From Felis catus (lineage: Eukaryota), in NCBI RefSeq assembly GCF_018350175.1, contig NC_058368.1, positions 10,230,001-10,294,000 on the forward strand: 64,000 nt of DNA, in the 5' to 3' direction. Of the stretch, positions 51,689 through 63,018 are shown piece after piece; positions within the stretch are counted from its first letter, which is position 1, and the number at the start of each line of letters is the position of its first letter. The position numbers and the translations under genes are program-made. The notes beneath the pieces are model-generated. The model made no database searches and was not told where the DNA came from. It saw nothing but the letters and a program-made list of their open reading frames with translations.

Positions 51689-52367
51689 CACTCTTCACTA
51701 AATTTCTACAAAGGATTCCAGATTCCACTTTACCGACGAGGACATTAGTGCTAAACAGTTGGACTGCTTAACCCCTACAAGTGTCTGTTCTATGTGCTGT
51801 TGTCCCAGAGGTAGCTCACGGGGCAAGGCTGGAGGACACAGGTAAGCCCTTGGCCCCTGGTTGCCCATGGGAAGCACACCGCAGGGCCTTGTCCCTGCTT
51901 GAATGAAAGGTGCTGCTATTCAGGCTTGAAGATTCAGAACGGGATAATACAGTTTGTATTTATTTGCAGGGGGGGGGGGAAGTTGTATATTAATAGCAAA
52001 GAAGGTCCACTCCATAGTTAAATGAAATCACATTCCTCCTGCCCCAGGGAGGAGACATGTGGTGTCAGTTTTCATGATTAGTGGCTGCTGCTCATTGAAT
52101 ACCAATTATGCCATGTGAGGGTCTTTGGGAAGGACATTTTTATGAATCTTCTCATCTAATTCTCAAAACAGCCCTTTAAAGTAGATGCCATTATCCCCAT
52201 TTAAGAGATAAGAAAGAGTTTTGAGCAGTTAAACAACGTGTCCAAGGTCACAGACCCATTTCTATCCTCTTAACCTTTCTCCATAAGGCAATAGATGCCC
52301 CATCCTGGGTATCCGTGTCCTACACTTGGTTCAGGTTCTCATCCTCTCTCTGTTTTTCATGAGTAAC

Positions 52368-52470
52368 GTCTCCCCTGGAGCCTTCCCTGGTGGTTTCCCA
52401 CCAAGAGCCCGCGGTGTGCTACCGCTACAACCGGGCCTTCAGGCAAGTGGTCAGCTGCACGGAAGCATCT
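52368..52470 (+). pseudogene. Exon 8 (SPLEPSLVVSHQEPAVCYRYNRAFRQVVSCTEAS); in-phase acceptor reads AC
   Basis: Strong donor TCT|gtaagt and WD-type SH motif; 5' boundary inferred from phase and preceded by AC (52366-52367) instead of AG. Confidence 0.82.
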
Positions 52471-54717
52471 GTAAGTAGCAACTTTGGTTCTCTTTAGCAA
52501 TGATGTGTTTGTGAGTGTGAGTCTAGCCCCATGGTCCTCACCTTGGAGCTGAGCGGAGTGTTCCGGGGACAGTCCGTCCCTGGAAGTTAAGAATTCTACT
52601 AGAATTCTTCAACTCTGCTACTTATCAAGTATTATTTGGACACTCTTCTTTGAAAGCTGACTGGAAGAGCTCACAGTTGCCCCAGTGGCTTGTAGTATGA
52701 GCTCTTTGGAAGGGCCATCTGCTACTAAAGGATGGCATTATTTCATGGTGGTTCTCTTGTATGGTGTAGGATGATTAATAGAACTCTACTATAGTGTAAT
52801 CTGGGGATGAAGGTATGGAGCATTCCATGTCTACTTCCTCTTTCACTGGGGCTCTCAAGGATCATGCTAGCCCGGTCCTGGATGCGTGACACAGTGTCTG
52901 GCCCACAGAAGGGACACAACCAATGCTCCTTGAATGAAGAGTGGGAGTAGAGAAGTGCACACATCCCATAATTCATGTACTCCTGCCCTTGAGCTAATGG
53001 GAGGACACACCCCAAGTACACTCAACTTTAAATGTTCTGAAATCACCTAAATATCAGTTCAATCACTTTCCGAACCACTGGCCTAGGCTCTGGCATTACA
53101 CGCCCATGTCCCAGGCCATCTGGCAGCATCCTCTTTTCTTCTTCCTGCAATTGCCTGGCACACCCTGTCTTTAGGATTTATAGCCTCGGGAGCACCACAG
53201 TCTGGTAGTGTCATCTTCATGTTCACACTCATTTCGGCTTCTCTCCCAGTGAGACTCGGTTGTCTTTGCATGTGTTCTTGCCAGTTCCTGCTCTAAAAAT
53301 TAGTCATCACCATGGGTGTATTAAGTATTAAATGAAACAGATTACTTGGCCTGTTGATCAAAAATTTGTTATGATGACTCAGTCTCAACTTATCTCAAAG
53401 AAGGTGGGTTCTTGTCTAATTTGGGTTCATACTTATAAAGAAGCAGTTGTCTTCCAGATCTTTCAGAATCACCTGCGACTCCAAGGACGCCAACCTTCTG
53501 GTCTCAGCATCCTGCACATGCCTGTTCCTGGCTCTGTCCAACTTTTTCCCATCTCCACCCTGGAATTTCCTGCTTCTTCCTCTTTTCCTACACACACCTT
53601 AGCAACCCTTCAAGGTCCAACTCAAGTCCTGTCTCCTCCACAAAACGTGTCTTCACTGCTCTGGACTCACACAAGCATCTCCCTCTTCCTGACCACCCAC
53701 AGTCACTACCTCCCATGTGGTGTAGATTCAGTCCTCACCCGTCCTGCTCTGTTTCCCAGGCATGAGCCTCACCTTTCTAACGATTCAGCAGGCAGTTAGG
53801 GCAACTAGCACCTCATCTATGTTTCCCCCTTCTTTCCTCTTAATCTGTCAAAACCCTTCTTATTCTTCAACGCACAACTCGGATATCAACTCCTCTGAGA
53901 AAAGTTTCTAGATCCCTCCCACATCCAGGCAGAATGAAGGGCTCCATTAGCATTTGGGCTCCTAATTCTGTGCTAACAGTCAGCCTCCTTCAATAGCATT
54001 ACTTTTGATATGCATATCTTCCCTGCCTGTGGGTGGTAAGGAGATGTTGAATTGAGATATAAATACTCTGTCAACTCTTACTGTATTAAGCACATGCTGG
54101 TAATAAACTCTCAGACACTTACTGAATTGAATTATTGATCTGAGTATTTGCTCATCCTGCAGATCTGTGTGAAATCTATGCCCACTGTCACGATCCATAG
54201 CATCTAAGCCACATTGCAGTCTTTATTTGTGAAGGAGAGAATATAGCCCAAGATTTTCACGATCCTGAAGTTATGAATACCTCTATGCCACACATTACTC
54301 ATTGAGTTGCGTAGCAAAGTGCTAGGGGCCACCAACTTTCAATGCCTCTGAAAATGCTTGAAAATGGCACAGTGTAAACTAATAAATATTCAATTAAATG
54401 TTTGCAATGTGTTACATAGGAACTGCAACTTACACATATACAGGTATATGTGATATGGACATTTACTTGTTACGAATAATGAATTTTTTTTATCAACCGA
54501 GCTTAAAACTGTAGATATTTTACAAAGATTGTAACATTTAATAGCAAAATTATATTTAATTTGGGATGTGGTTGCAGTTTAATATGTCTAATTGAATGGG
54601 AACTCCAAAAGCAAGAATCACTAAGAAAGAGGTTCTTAGGCCCAGCTAAGGCTTGAAATTCCCTCTACAAAATGCACCTAAAAAGTGTAAGTAGCACCTT
54701 TAGACTTTTTTGGATTC

Positions 54718-54941
54718 TTTTTATATATATATATATTTTTTTTTTAAGTTTTATTTATTTATTTTAAGAGTGAGAGAGAAAGCAGGAGGGCCAGAGAGAG
54801 AGGAAGAGGGAGAATCCCAAGCCGGCTCTGCACTGTCAGCACAGAGCCCGACACAGGCCTCTATCCCATGAACCGTGAGATCATGACTTGAGCCGAAATC
54901 AAGAGTTGGATGCTTAACCAACTGGGCCTCCCAGGCATCCC
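54718..54941 (-). mobile_element. Can-SINE
   Basis: Ends ccaggcatccc; TSD tagactttt...gattct. Confidence 0.95.
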
Positions 54942-56012
54942 TAGACTTTTCTTGATTCTATAAATAGAACCCTAAGTCGTTTTTAAAGATATTGTAATTG
55001 CTCACTTCAATCTTTTCACTCCCGTAACTGTAACCGTAACCGGCAGTAGCAGGTGTTGGTGTTGGGGGAATTTCTTTTTAAGGAAGCGAATGTGTGACTG
55101 TTTAACCACTTAACCAGAAGGCAGGTCCACAGGGAGGTTGCCTCCGCTCTGTGTCAATCGTGGGCTATCTGCCCCACTCAGCACCCTCTGCTCATTCCTC
55201 CATGCCAACAGGTACCACATTCCTTTCTGGACCTTGACCGTATTACAAGTCACCGCATGTTGTGAAACTTCGGGATGTTTGCAAAGGTTGGAATAATTAA
55301 AGTAATACCCAGTAACGCTAAGGGTCTATTGCAATATTAAGGGGAACAAATGGATGCTCCGGAGCTAAAGACACGCCCCGCCCTCCTTCCCACCCCCACG
55401 AGCCCTGGCATTGTAAAAGGACAGAGGGGCAGGAAGCAAAGTGTACATTACTAAAAACCTGCTCTTAGGCATTTAAATCAACACCAGTGAGAGGATGCCT
55501 TCTGGTTTCTGGGTTGGAGACCTGGAAATTTCTCTATGTCAATGGAATAGCCTCTTTTACAAAGTGGAAGATTAATAGGAACATTCAGTGGTTCTGAGAC
55601 AGAGTGTTGTCCTCAAGCACTTCTCCTCCCACACCACCATGCCTTTGGGTACAGGCTTCAGAAAGCCTGCCCCAGAGGAAGCCCTCCTTGGGGTAGGCAC
55701 TTACCTCAACCAGTCATGAAAGCTGACATTCATCTCCCTTGACAGATGATTCTCATTCAAAGGTTGCTCAAGGAATGGGGCAGAAAGAAAGCCACTCCAA
55801 GACTCAAACTAGTTAGACTGAGTGAAACCTGAAAGCTGAGGGTTTAGAAGATATATCCTTCCCCCCAGACAGGCTGTCTTCCTCACTCAGCTTCGCCTTG
55901 GTGCTGAATAAATTTTGCTGCTCAAAATTCAATCCACACCTATTTCTCTGAGCCTAGGTAGTCAGGAGATTTTTACCCAAAGATTTCTAAATTTTCTAAT
56001 CTTCTCGCTGAG

Positions 56013-56416
56013 TGTTATGGGATGAATTTTGTTTCCCGGATATTCCTATGTTGAAGGCCCAATCCCAGCAGCTCAGAATGCGACTGCATGCGGAGATAGA
56101 GCCTTTAAAGAGGGGATTAAGTTAAAATGAGGATATTAGGGTGGGTCCTGAGCCAATCTGACTGGTGTCCGTATAACAAGAGAAAATTTGGACACATAAG
56201 GAAACCCTGGGTGTGCATACACAGGGGAAAGACCATATGAGGACACAATGAGAAGGTGGCCATTTGCAAGCCAGGAAGAGACGCCTCAAAAGAAACCAAA
56301 CCTGCAAACAATTTGATCTTGGACTTCCAGCCCCAAGAGCTGTGAGAAACTAAATGTCTATTGTTTAATCCCCCTGTTCTGTGGTATTTTATAATATAGC
56401 CCAGCAAATGAATGCA
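56013..56416 (+). mobile_element. MaLR solo LTR (MLT1B-like)
   Basis: TG...CA termini; tgttatgggatgaatt...ttggacttccagcc...ctgtgagaaactaaatgtctattgtttaa. Confidence 0.88.
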
Positions 56417-56568
56417 CCAAGATAAGCCAACTTGTATTGGAAGTAAAGATACCTTCAGGGTAAGTTTTCATCTTACATATCTGTGGCACTAGACTTCTGA
56501 ATGCAAATTCCCTTTAATTTGATAGCCAGTATCTCAAGGTCACTTTTTTTTTCAACTTCCGGATACAG

Positions 56569-56673
56569 GTGGTAAAAGTATGGGACTTTGAAACAGGAAG
56601 GCTCTTTCTGGATTTACTGGGGCTCATGGCAATGCTGGAATCACATTCTGACCTTTGACTCCAGTGGAAGAAG
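56569..56673 (+). pseudogene. Exon 9 (VVKVWDFETGRLFL / FTGAHGNAGIT / LTFDSSGRR) with two apparent 1-bp deletions
   Basis: ggatacAG acceptor, AG|gtatgt donor; 105 nt is incompatible with phase 0 entry and phase 2 exit. Confidence 0.88.
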
Positions 56674-56753
56674 GTATGTGTCTTCTCTAGTAGCTTCAGC
56701 CATTAGGCGGTGAGCTCCCTGAAATGATTTCCTAACAGAAGACTGTTTCCTAG

Positions 56754-56833
56754 GCTAGTCACTGGGGGCAGAGACGGCTGTCTGAAGATATGGAGCTACA
56801 ACAACGGACATCGTCTGCACACACTGAAACATG
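56754..56833 (+). pseudogene. Exon 10 (LVTGGRDGCLKIWSYNNGHRLHTLKH), GC donor
   Basis: tttcctAG acceptor after an 80-nt intron; classic WD motif; G|gcaagt donor. Confidence 0.9.
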
Positions 56834-57707
56834 GCAAGTTGCTTCCTACCAAGGCTCCCCATAACATAATGATGCAAGATTGGGCATTTGTTGTCAAGGT
56901 AGAAGAAACAAATGAGAATGGGATCTAGGGTGCACGTGACAATCCTACATTCTTTTTCTCTGGCCCTTCATTTTACCAATGACTTTAAACTTCTACTGAG
57001 GAGAGACGTACTTTACATGAATGTATGTGCTCCCAGCTAAGCCTTGTGCACCTGCTCCTTCATCACCCGGTATGTTTATCTGCGTTCTTAAAAGAGCTTA
57101 GCTTTTCTAAACATTTTAAACATCACATAAGTCAAAATATGGATGAGCAAACTAAAAGCTAGTCTGTTTTGTGTGTTAGTGATTTTTTTTTCCAAGGCCA
57201 CTTTTCCACTTGTTCATGTGCTGTACCTGATTTTGGTCGAATTTCCACAGTTCTGGCCTGTTGACTTTCCATGAGGAAGATAAGAGGCAAAAACTTTTCA
57301 ACTACCAGAGAATATAAAAGAATCCAAAGTAAAAAAAAGACAAAAATCACTCAAAGTAATGAGTTTGTGATTCCAAGTTCTGCTTCTGACCTGCCTGTGT
57401 TCACTTGTCTCCTCACTCAGGAGGAGCCGGGCACCGTGTAGGGTCCTGTCAGGAGAAGGCGAGCTTCTTCCCAAAGCTGAGCAAGGGCAGAACCAGCATT
57501 TTAGGGCAATGCGGGGGCGGGTGGGGGGAGGGGGTGCAGGAAACCAGCAGGGCTTTGGTGGTTTGAAAGACACCTAACTGTGGTCTGAAAACTAGAAAGT
57601 ATGCAAGTTTTCCCCAATAATCATTGAATTGAGACAACATGTGTAAACTGATTTAAGGACTAATAAAGAAGAATGTCTAATAGAAGGTGACAATGTTATC
57701 TTTCTAG

Positions 57708-57762
57708 ATGAAAAGCAAAGTGAAGTCTGTGATTGTACCTACTTGGAGGTGAACCAAAATAA
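57708..57762 (+). pseudogene. Exon 11 (DEKQSEVCDCTYLEVNQNK)
   Basis: tctttctAG acceptor, AA|gtaagt donor, 55 nt, phases match. Confidence 0.85.
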
Positions 57763-58429
57763 GTAAGTTATATTCAGCTTGGATGTAAGAGGGGGATGCA
57801 TCTTTTTGATACAAAATCTATGCTGGAGGAGGACACCAAGACAATGAAGGGAATTTTCCAGAAGGAAATATGTCAAAGCATTCCCGAAGACCCTGGTTGC
57901 TCCCTGATAGTAATTTAGGCAACTAGGCTCTTCTAGAATATTGGAAGCAATTCTCTGCACATTTTGATGACTATTTAGAGGTAGAGATAGGGAGCACTGC
58001 ATCTCTCCACCAAATGCTTTCTTGAAGAATAAATCACAGACTAGATTACCAGAGTAATTAAATTCAGCAGCCACAAGGCCAAGAATAAAAATCCAATAAA
58101 TTCTCTCCTGAACACAAAAAGAGTGAAAACAATTCCCGATTGGTTTCTGTTTGTGCCCTTGCCTCCGTGTTTCAACCGATCTCTTAGGATCACTTAACCT
58201 TCAGAAGGGCAACTGCTCCTGGAGTAGCATCCATAGACCTCGGAAATTATAGATCCCTTAAGTAGCAGTGAAAACGCTGACCCTAATTTATCAAATCACA
58301 TTTTATCTTGCTGTCTCCATTTATCATATAGACATGGCAAAATTAAGCCACAGTATTGATTGCTTGCAAAATGTAAAGAGATGATAAGCTCAAGTATTGA
58401 GATGTACTACTACTCTGTTACTGTTCTAG

Positions 58430-58475
58430 GTGCATCATAGCTGTTGGATGGGACAGAAGAATAAATGTGTATTTT
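58430..58475 (+). pseudogene. Exon 12 (CIIAVGWDRRINVYF)
   Basis: tgttctAG acceptor, TTT|gtaagt donor, 46 nt. Confidence 0.88.
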
Positions 58476-58717
58476 GTAAGTGAAATGTACAAAATGAGCT
58501 ATTCAAAACCCTGCTTCAGATTGCTATCCTCTCCCCACCAACCCTACCCTTGATTCTTTTCACACTAAAATCAGTTTGTAGTAGTTCTTTAGACTTCTGC
58601 TCTCTCTACAAGTTAAGCCATGATAGAGACAGAAGAATTTCCTCCCTCCCTCTCTTCCTCCCTTTTAGAAACCTTTTTTACTTTGGTTTTTGTTTCTGTT
58701 TCTTCCCTCTAGTTTTC

Positions 58718-58923
58718 TTTTTTTTTAAGTTTATTTATTTATTTTTAAGATAGAGAGAGAGAGACATAGTGGGGCAGGGGCAGAGAAAGAGGAGCACAAA
58801 GGATCTGAAGCACGCTCTGTACTGACATCAGAAAGCCCGATGTGGGGCTCCAACTCATGAATCATGAGATCATGACCTGAACCGAAAGCAGACGCTTAAC
58901 TGACTGAGCCACCCAGGCACCCC
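58718..58923 (-). mobile_element. Can-SINE
   Basis: Ends ccacccaggcacccc; diverged TSD tctag(t/c)t(t/c)tcttt. Confidence 0.95.
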
Positions 58924-58949
58924 TCTAGCTCTCTTTTATGGGAGGAAGT

Positions 58950-59244
58950 ATAATGACTCTTCACCTAACTCTGGGAGGGCGCTGGTTCCCACATCAACAA
59001 TCAATTCTCTGACACAGCTGGTGTCCTACAATTCAGCTCAATCCTGGCCCATCTACCCGGGGATAGCATCAGATCCACAGGTTACAGGCTCAGTCCCACA
59101 AGCCCGGTCTTCGTGCCCCCCCCCAACTTCAGACACCTCCCATGCTCTCAGCACTTAGGGAATTCCAAGGGTTTTAGGAGCTATCTGCCAGAAGTGGGGA
59201 CAGAGACCAAATACCTATTTCTTATCGTAAGTCGCAGTATCACG
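58950..59244 (-). mobile_element. MER21-like LTR, internally deleted
   Basis: cagctggtgtcctacaattca...agatagcatcagatccacagg...ctcagtcccacaag and aattccaagggttttaggagct...gaccaaata motifs. Confidence 0.7.
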
Positions 59245-60168
59245 AAGTGTTAGCTAGAAGAGCTATCAGAGGCACAGAGGGCATCCCTGGGAATTCAAGC
59301 AGACCGTGTCTGGAACGTGGAGCTCTACACAGTTTACCTTGTATTCTTACCCCTCGTACCCGGGCTGTCATGCTCCCTCCTCCCCGGCACGCTGGGGCGT
59401 CAGCATATCTCGCATATCCTTGCCTCTAAGTGAGGGCTAACCACTCTGTCAATTGTCCAACCCTTACTTTATCCCTTCTTCCTTCCACCTTGTCTTTATG
59501 CCCTGCTCCCTCTGTAAGTGGGAAGAGGAGATGAAATGCCATCTATAAGCATCTCTGGGGGGAAAAAGTATTTTTTTATTGCTTAGAGATGGAGAAAGGA
59601 TTCAGGGACAGGAGAAGTTGAAAATGCTGACTGAAACTAAGTTTTAAATCTACCTGTGACATTTTATTTCCCCTGCTCACTATGCTGGATGGTCATGGAT
59701 TTCTGAAGGTCTTTAAACATTGTAAGTTCTTTATTCGTTTGAAGGCGAGCCGTATTTCACAGCCTAAGCCTTGCATCCCCAGATGATTTGAGAGATGACT
59801 ACCTGAGAAGCTCTGGTGTTGAATCCATCCTTTGGTATTATAGGTTCCTGAGCTGACGGCTTTTGTTTTAACACATGCAGTGGCTATGGCTTCTTATTAT
59901 GAAGGCAAAGCTATGCAGACCATCCAAGGAGAGTTTGTCAGTTGACATATGATTTGTTGAAATGCAATCACCCAAACGTCAGAAGTGGATTGCTTTTTAT
60001 TCCCACTAGCACTAGAGGAATTTGCTTTGACATTTCGAAAAACTGCATCACTGGTGGGGTGAGGGGTAGGGTTATAAAATGTGCCAACACCTTCTCTCTG
60101 AAGTTGTGAGTGTGTTGGCAGCTCATTTTACTGCTTATACAACGTCTCTTCCTTGGCTTTGCATACAG

Positions 60169-60228
60169 GATGCACCATGTGACTTTCATCACTTCTGGAA
60201 GCCGCGGCCACACTGGCAGGATGACCTG
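60169..60228 (+). pseudogene. Exon 13 (DAPCDFHHFWKPRPHWQDDL)
   Basis: gcatacAG acceptor, CTG|gtgagc donor, 60 nt, phase 0-0. Confidence 0.85.
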
Positions 60229-61335
60229 GTGAGCCCTGGTCCACACTGTCTGGCTCTCAACCCAAACAGTGGCACATGTCGAGGATATCTGTCACTCAGA
60301 GGCTCACCCTGACTCTCCTGGGCCTGCCTAGGGTTGTCACAAGGACCTCAAAAGCCTCTGCTGTGGCAGGAATCATGACTGGGGTCCAGGTAGAGCCAGA
60401 AGTGCTGGGCTCCAGGCAGCTGCTTCCCCTCCAGGAAGAGTGATGGCCTTGTGTTCAGATTGGGGCATGGGGCTACAGAAGCCAATCCATGCAGCTCTCC
60501 ATGAGCTCAGCCAGGATTCATGTAGTACAGGAATGGCAGCCCAAGATGTGGTGGGTGTGACTTTCCTCAAAGAAGCATGTACTTCCTGTTTCTGCTTGGC
60601 ATGCAAAATTGTATGCATTTGCTGTGTCACCTTTGGGCAGCCAGGGAGCCGAAGAGATGACATTCCTGCCCTGTGGCTTGTTGGGGGCCCATAACCAGGA
60701 GACTTCTTGTGATTCTTATTAGCAAAGTGCCCCAACTTTCTGCAGCCTCCTATGGTTGAATGACCTCCCTCAAAATTGTCTGGATGCCAAGCCAATAAGA
60801 CAAGTGCTAAGAAAGCAAAGTCACTGTGCCCAACCGTGTGCTACAGCTCAACCCTACCTTAAACCCCCATAACCATTCCAAAAGGTACAAGTCACTAGAA
60901 TACAAACTCCATGAGGCCAGGCCTTGTCTGCCTTCACCATGGTATTCCCAGGACCTAGCCCAGTGCCCACTTTATAGCAATGCCTAATTAATTTGATTCC
61001 ATTCAACTAGCATATGCCAAGTACAGATTGTGGACCAAGTGTGCTTTGTTCACTGAAGATGAAGTTATGATCAAAAGGGTCATCTCATGATCTCTGCCTT
61101 CCCGGAGTTTGCAGATTAGTGATTATTGAGTGAAAGAACAAAGTTGTGCAGAAAATGCCTGGAAGTGAAGGCCATTGCAAGGAGGCATTGTCAGGCAAGT
61201 CAGTGAAGTGTTAGTGCATTCAAATATTTATTTATTCAACTATTAACTCACTCAACACGTATTTTTGGGCACTTTTATAGTGTCATGCTTAATGGATAGG
61301 CCCAGGAGATACAATGTGAATAAAATGTGATTCCT

Positions 61336-61549
61336 GGGGTGCCTGGGTGGCCCAGTCGGTTGAGCATCCGACTTCGGCGCAGGTCATGATCTCACGGTTC
61401 GTGGGTTCGAGCCCCACGTCGATCTCTGTGCTGACAGCTCAGAGCCTGGAGCCTGCTTCGGATTCTGTGTCTCCCTCTCTCTCTGCCCCTCCCCTGTTCA
61501 TGCTCTGTCTCTCAAGGATAAATAAACGTTGAAAAATATTTTTAAAAAA
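61336..61549 (+). mobile_element. Can-SINE
   Basis: ggggtgcctgggtggcccagtcgg head; TSD aa(t/c)gtgattc(c/t)t. Confidence 0.96.
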
Positions 61550-62851
61550 CAACGTGATTCTTGGCCCAGAATCTCACAGCCTGGTGAGGAGATAAACTAT
61601 GGAAATAATAATCATGCAATGTGACAAATGATATAACGTAAAAGATGTGGAGAAGCCTAGAGGTGGGAACTACTAACTTTGCTCTAACATCACACAGGAG
61701 ATCGAAAGATTACTAGGATTTTCCCAGGAGGCCGAGGTGAAGAAAGCAATGTAGATGATGGGAAGGGGTAAGCATGAAAGCATGAGCCAAGTCGGGAAGC
61801 ATGCATGAAAAGCATGTTGTCTGGAGGGCTATGAAAAGTTTGAGGGGCTGGGGCATCAGACACAGGAGGGAAATGAGGTTGAAAAGTTAGAGCTTGACAG
61901 TCATGCTAAGGCATATGTACACTTCATGGTGTGGGCAGTGGGGGATCACAGGAGGAGGAGGATCCCAGACATACATGGTCAGAAGTCACAGAAGGAGACA
62001 GGATTTGGCAGAAGATTGTGGGAAAGAGAGAGCCATTGACCTTCTCTTTTCCAACTGTCTTATGCCACCACCTTCCCAGCCACTTTCAGGCAGAAGGGAC
62101 ATCTTAGATGACATGGACAGGTCCCCAGGGGACACTCTGTGGAAAGTATGTGAGAGCAAGGGAGAAATGATGCCTCTACAGCACCAGGAGAAGCCAAGTC
62201 TCTTCACATGGAAACTGTACCCCAATGAGGATGTTGAGGGACTGTGGCCGGGAGCTCTTTAAGCTCTCTGCAGCACTGCCCTCAAAAAACTCCATTTTGG
62301 TTTCTCATCTTTCTTAAGGATCCATATCCAAATCCTCCTTTCGAGGAGAGTAGGTGATCTAAATTCCTAACTGCATGTGTAAGCCGCAGATGGGAGCCCT
62401 GTAGGAATCAAGTCAAGGGACAGCACACTCTGGAACTTAGAACTGAGCTGTTGGGAAGCCAAATCACCTTGGCCCAGAGCTGGTTTCCATTATCCCATTG
62501 CCATCACCATTTCAGCCCCAAACAGGGCTCCCTGCAAACACTCCATTTGTCAGCTGTGTGGGGAGGTCAGGAAGCTGCTAGGATTATCACTTCCCTGGGG
62601 AAGGTAGTAGAACTGACCCAAGGAGAGGCAGCACCTCTCTGGCTGACCTGTACACAGACTCCTGCCTGGAAGGATGCCCTGATCCTTGGGGCTGGGTCAT
62701 GAGGTTCTAGGTGAGTCTCCATCGTGGGCAAGCACAGGAGGAGGAACCCGTCTGCATCCTCTGTCTTAGGGATCAGAGGAAGGAGAACTATCTATGGGTG
62801 ATTGGGAATTTGATTTCTTACCCTGTCCCTCTCCATCTCTCTCCTTCTCAG

Positions 62852-63018
62852 AACCATGGGCACAAAGAGGACATCCTCTGTGTGGCTCAATGCCCACCTT
62901 TTCTTCTCATGACTTCCAGTTACGACGGAGAGGTCATCATTTGGAACGCCATCTCAGGCCACATTTACTGCAAGCTGAACACTCCCAGCCCCTCTCATGG
63001 TTGCAGAAGAAAGAAAAG
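62852..63018 (+). pseudogene. Exon 14 (NHGHKEDILCVAQCPPFLLMTSSYDGEVIIWNAISGHIYCKLNTPSPSHG...)
   Basis: Long pyrimidine tract plus AG, AG|gtaggt donor; complete GH...WN WD40 repeat. Confidence 0.9.

Larger units (their letters stand above)
7543..63018 (+). pseudogene. WDR95: Multi-exon (14 exons in window) WD40-repeat gene of the WDR49/WDR64/EFCAB8/WDR95 family, disabled; most likely the WDR95 orthologue. 5' and 3' ends are outside the window
   Basis: 14 exons with matching intron phases (13 AG acceptors; 13 GT donors plus 1 GC) join into WD40 motifs: WKVHGDWITQ, LLLTGGMDRIIRVWN, VKVWD, LVTGGRDGCLKIWS, AVGWDRRINVY, GHKEDILCVAQ...SSYDGEVIIWN. Stops at 13892, 38500, 38565 and 38631; frameshifts in exons 5 and 9; lost acceptor at 52366. 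The symbol comes from recalled family sequences (it differs from the WDR49/WDR64/EFCAB8 motifs) and was not confirmed by a search. Confidence 0.85.

Noticed and set aside
15410..61549. Antisense bias of Can-SINEs (8 of 11)
   Set aside because: Not significant for n=11 (two-sided binomial p about 0.23)
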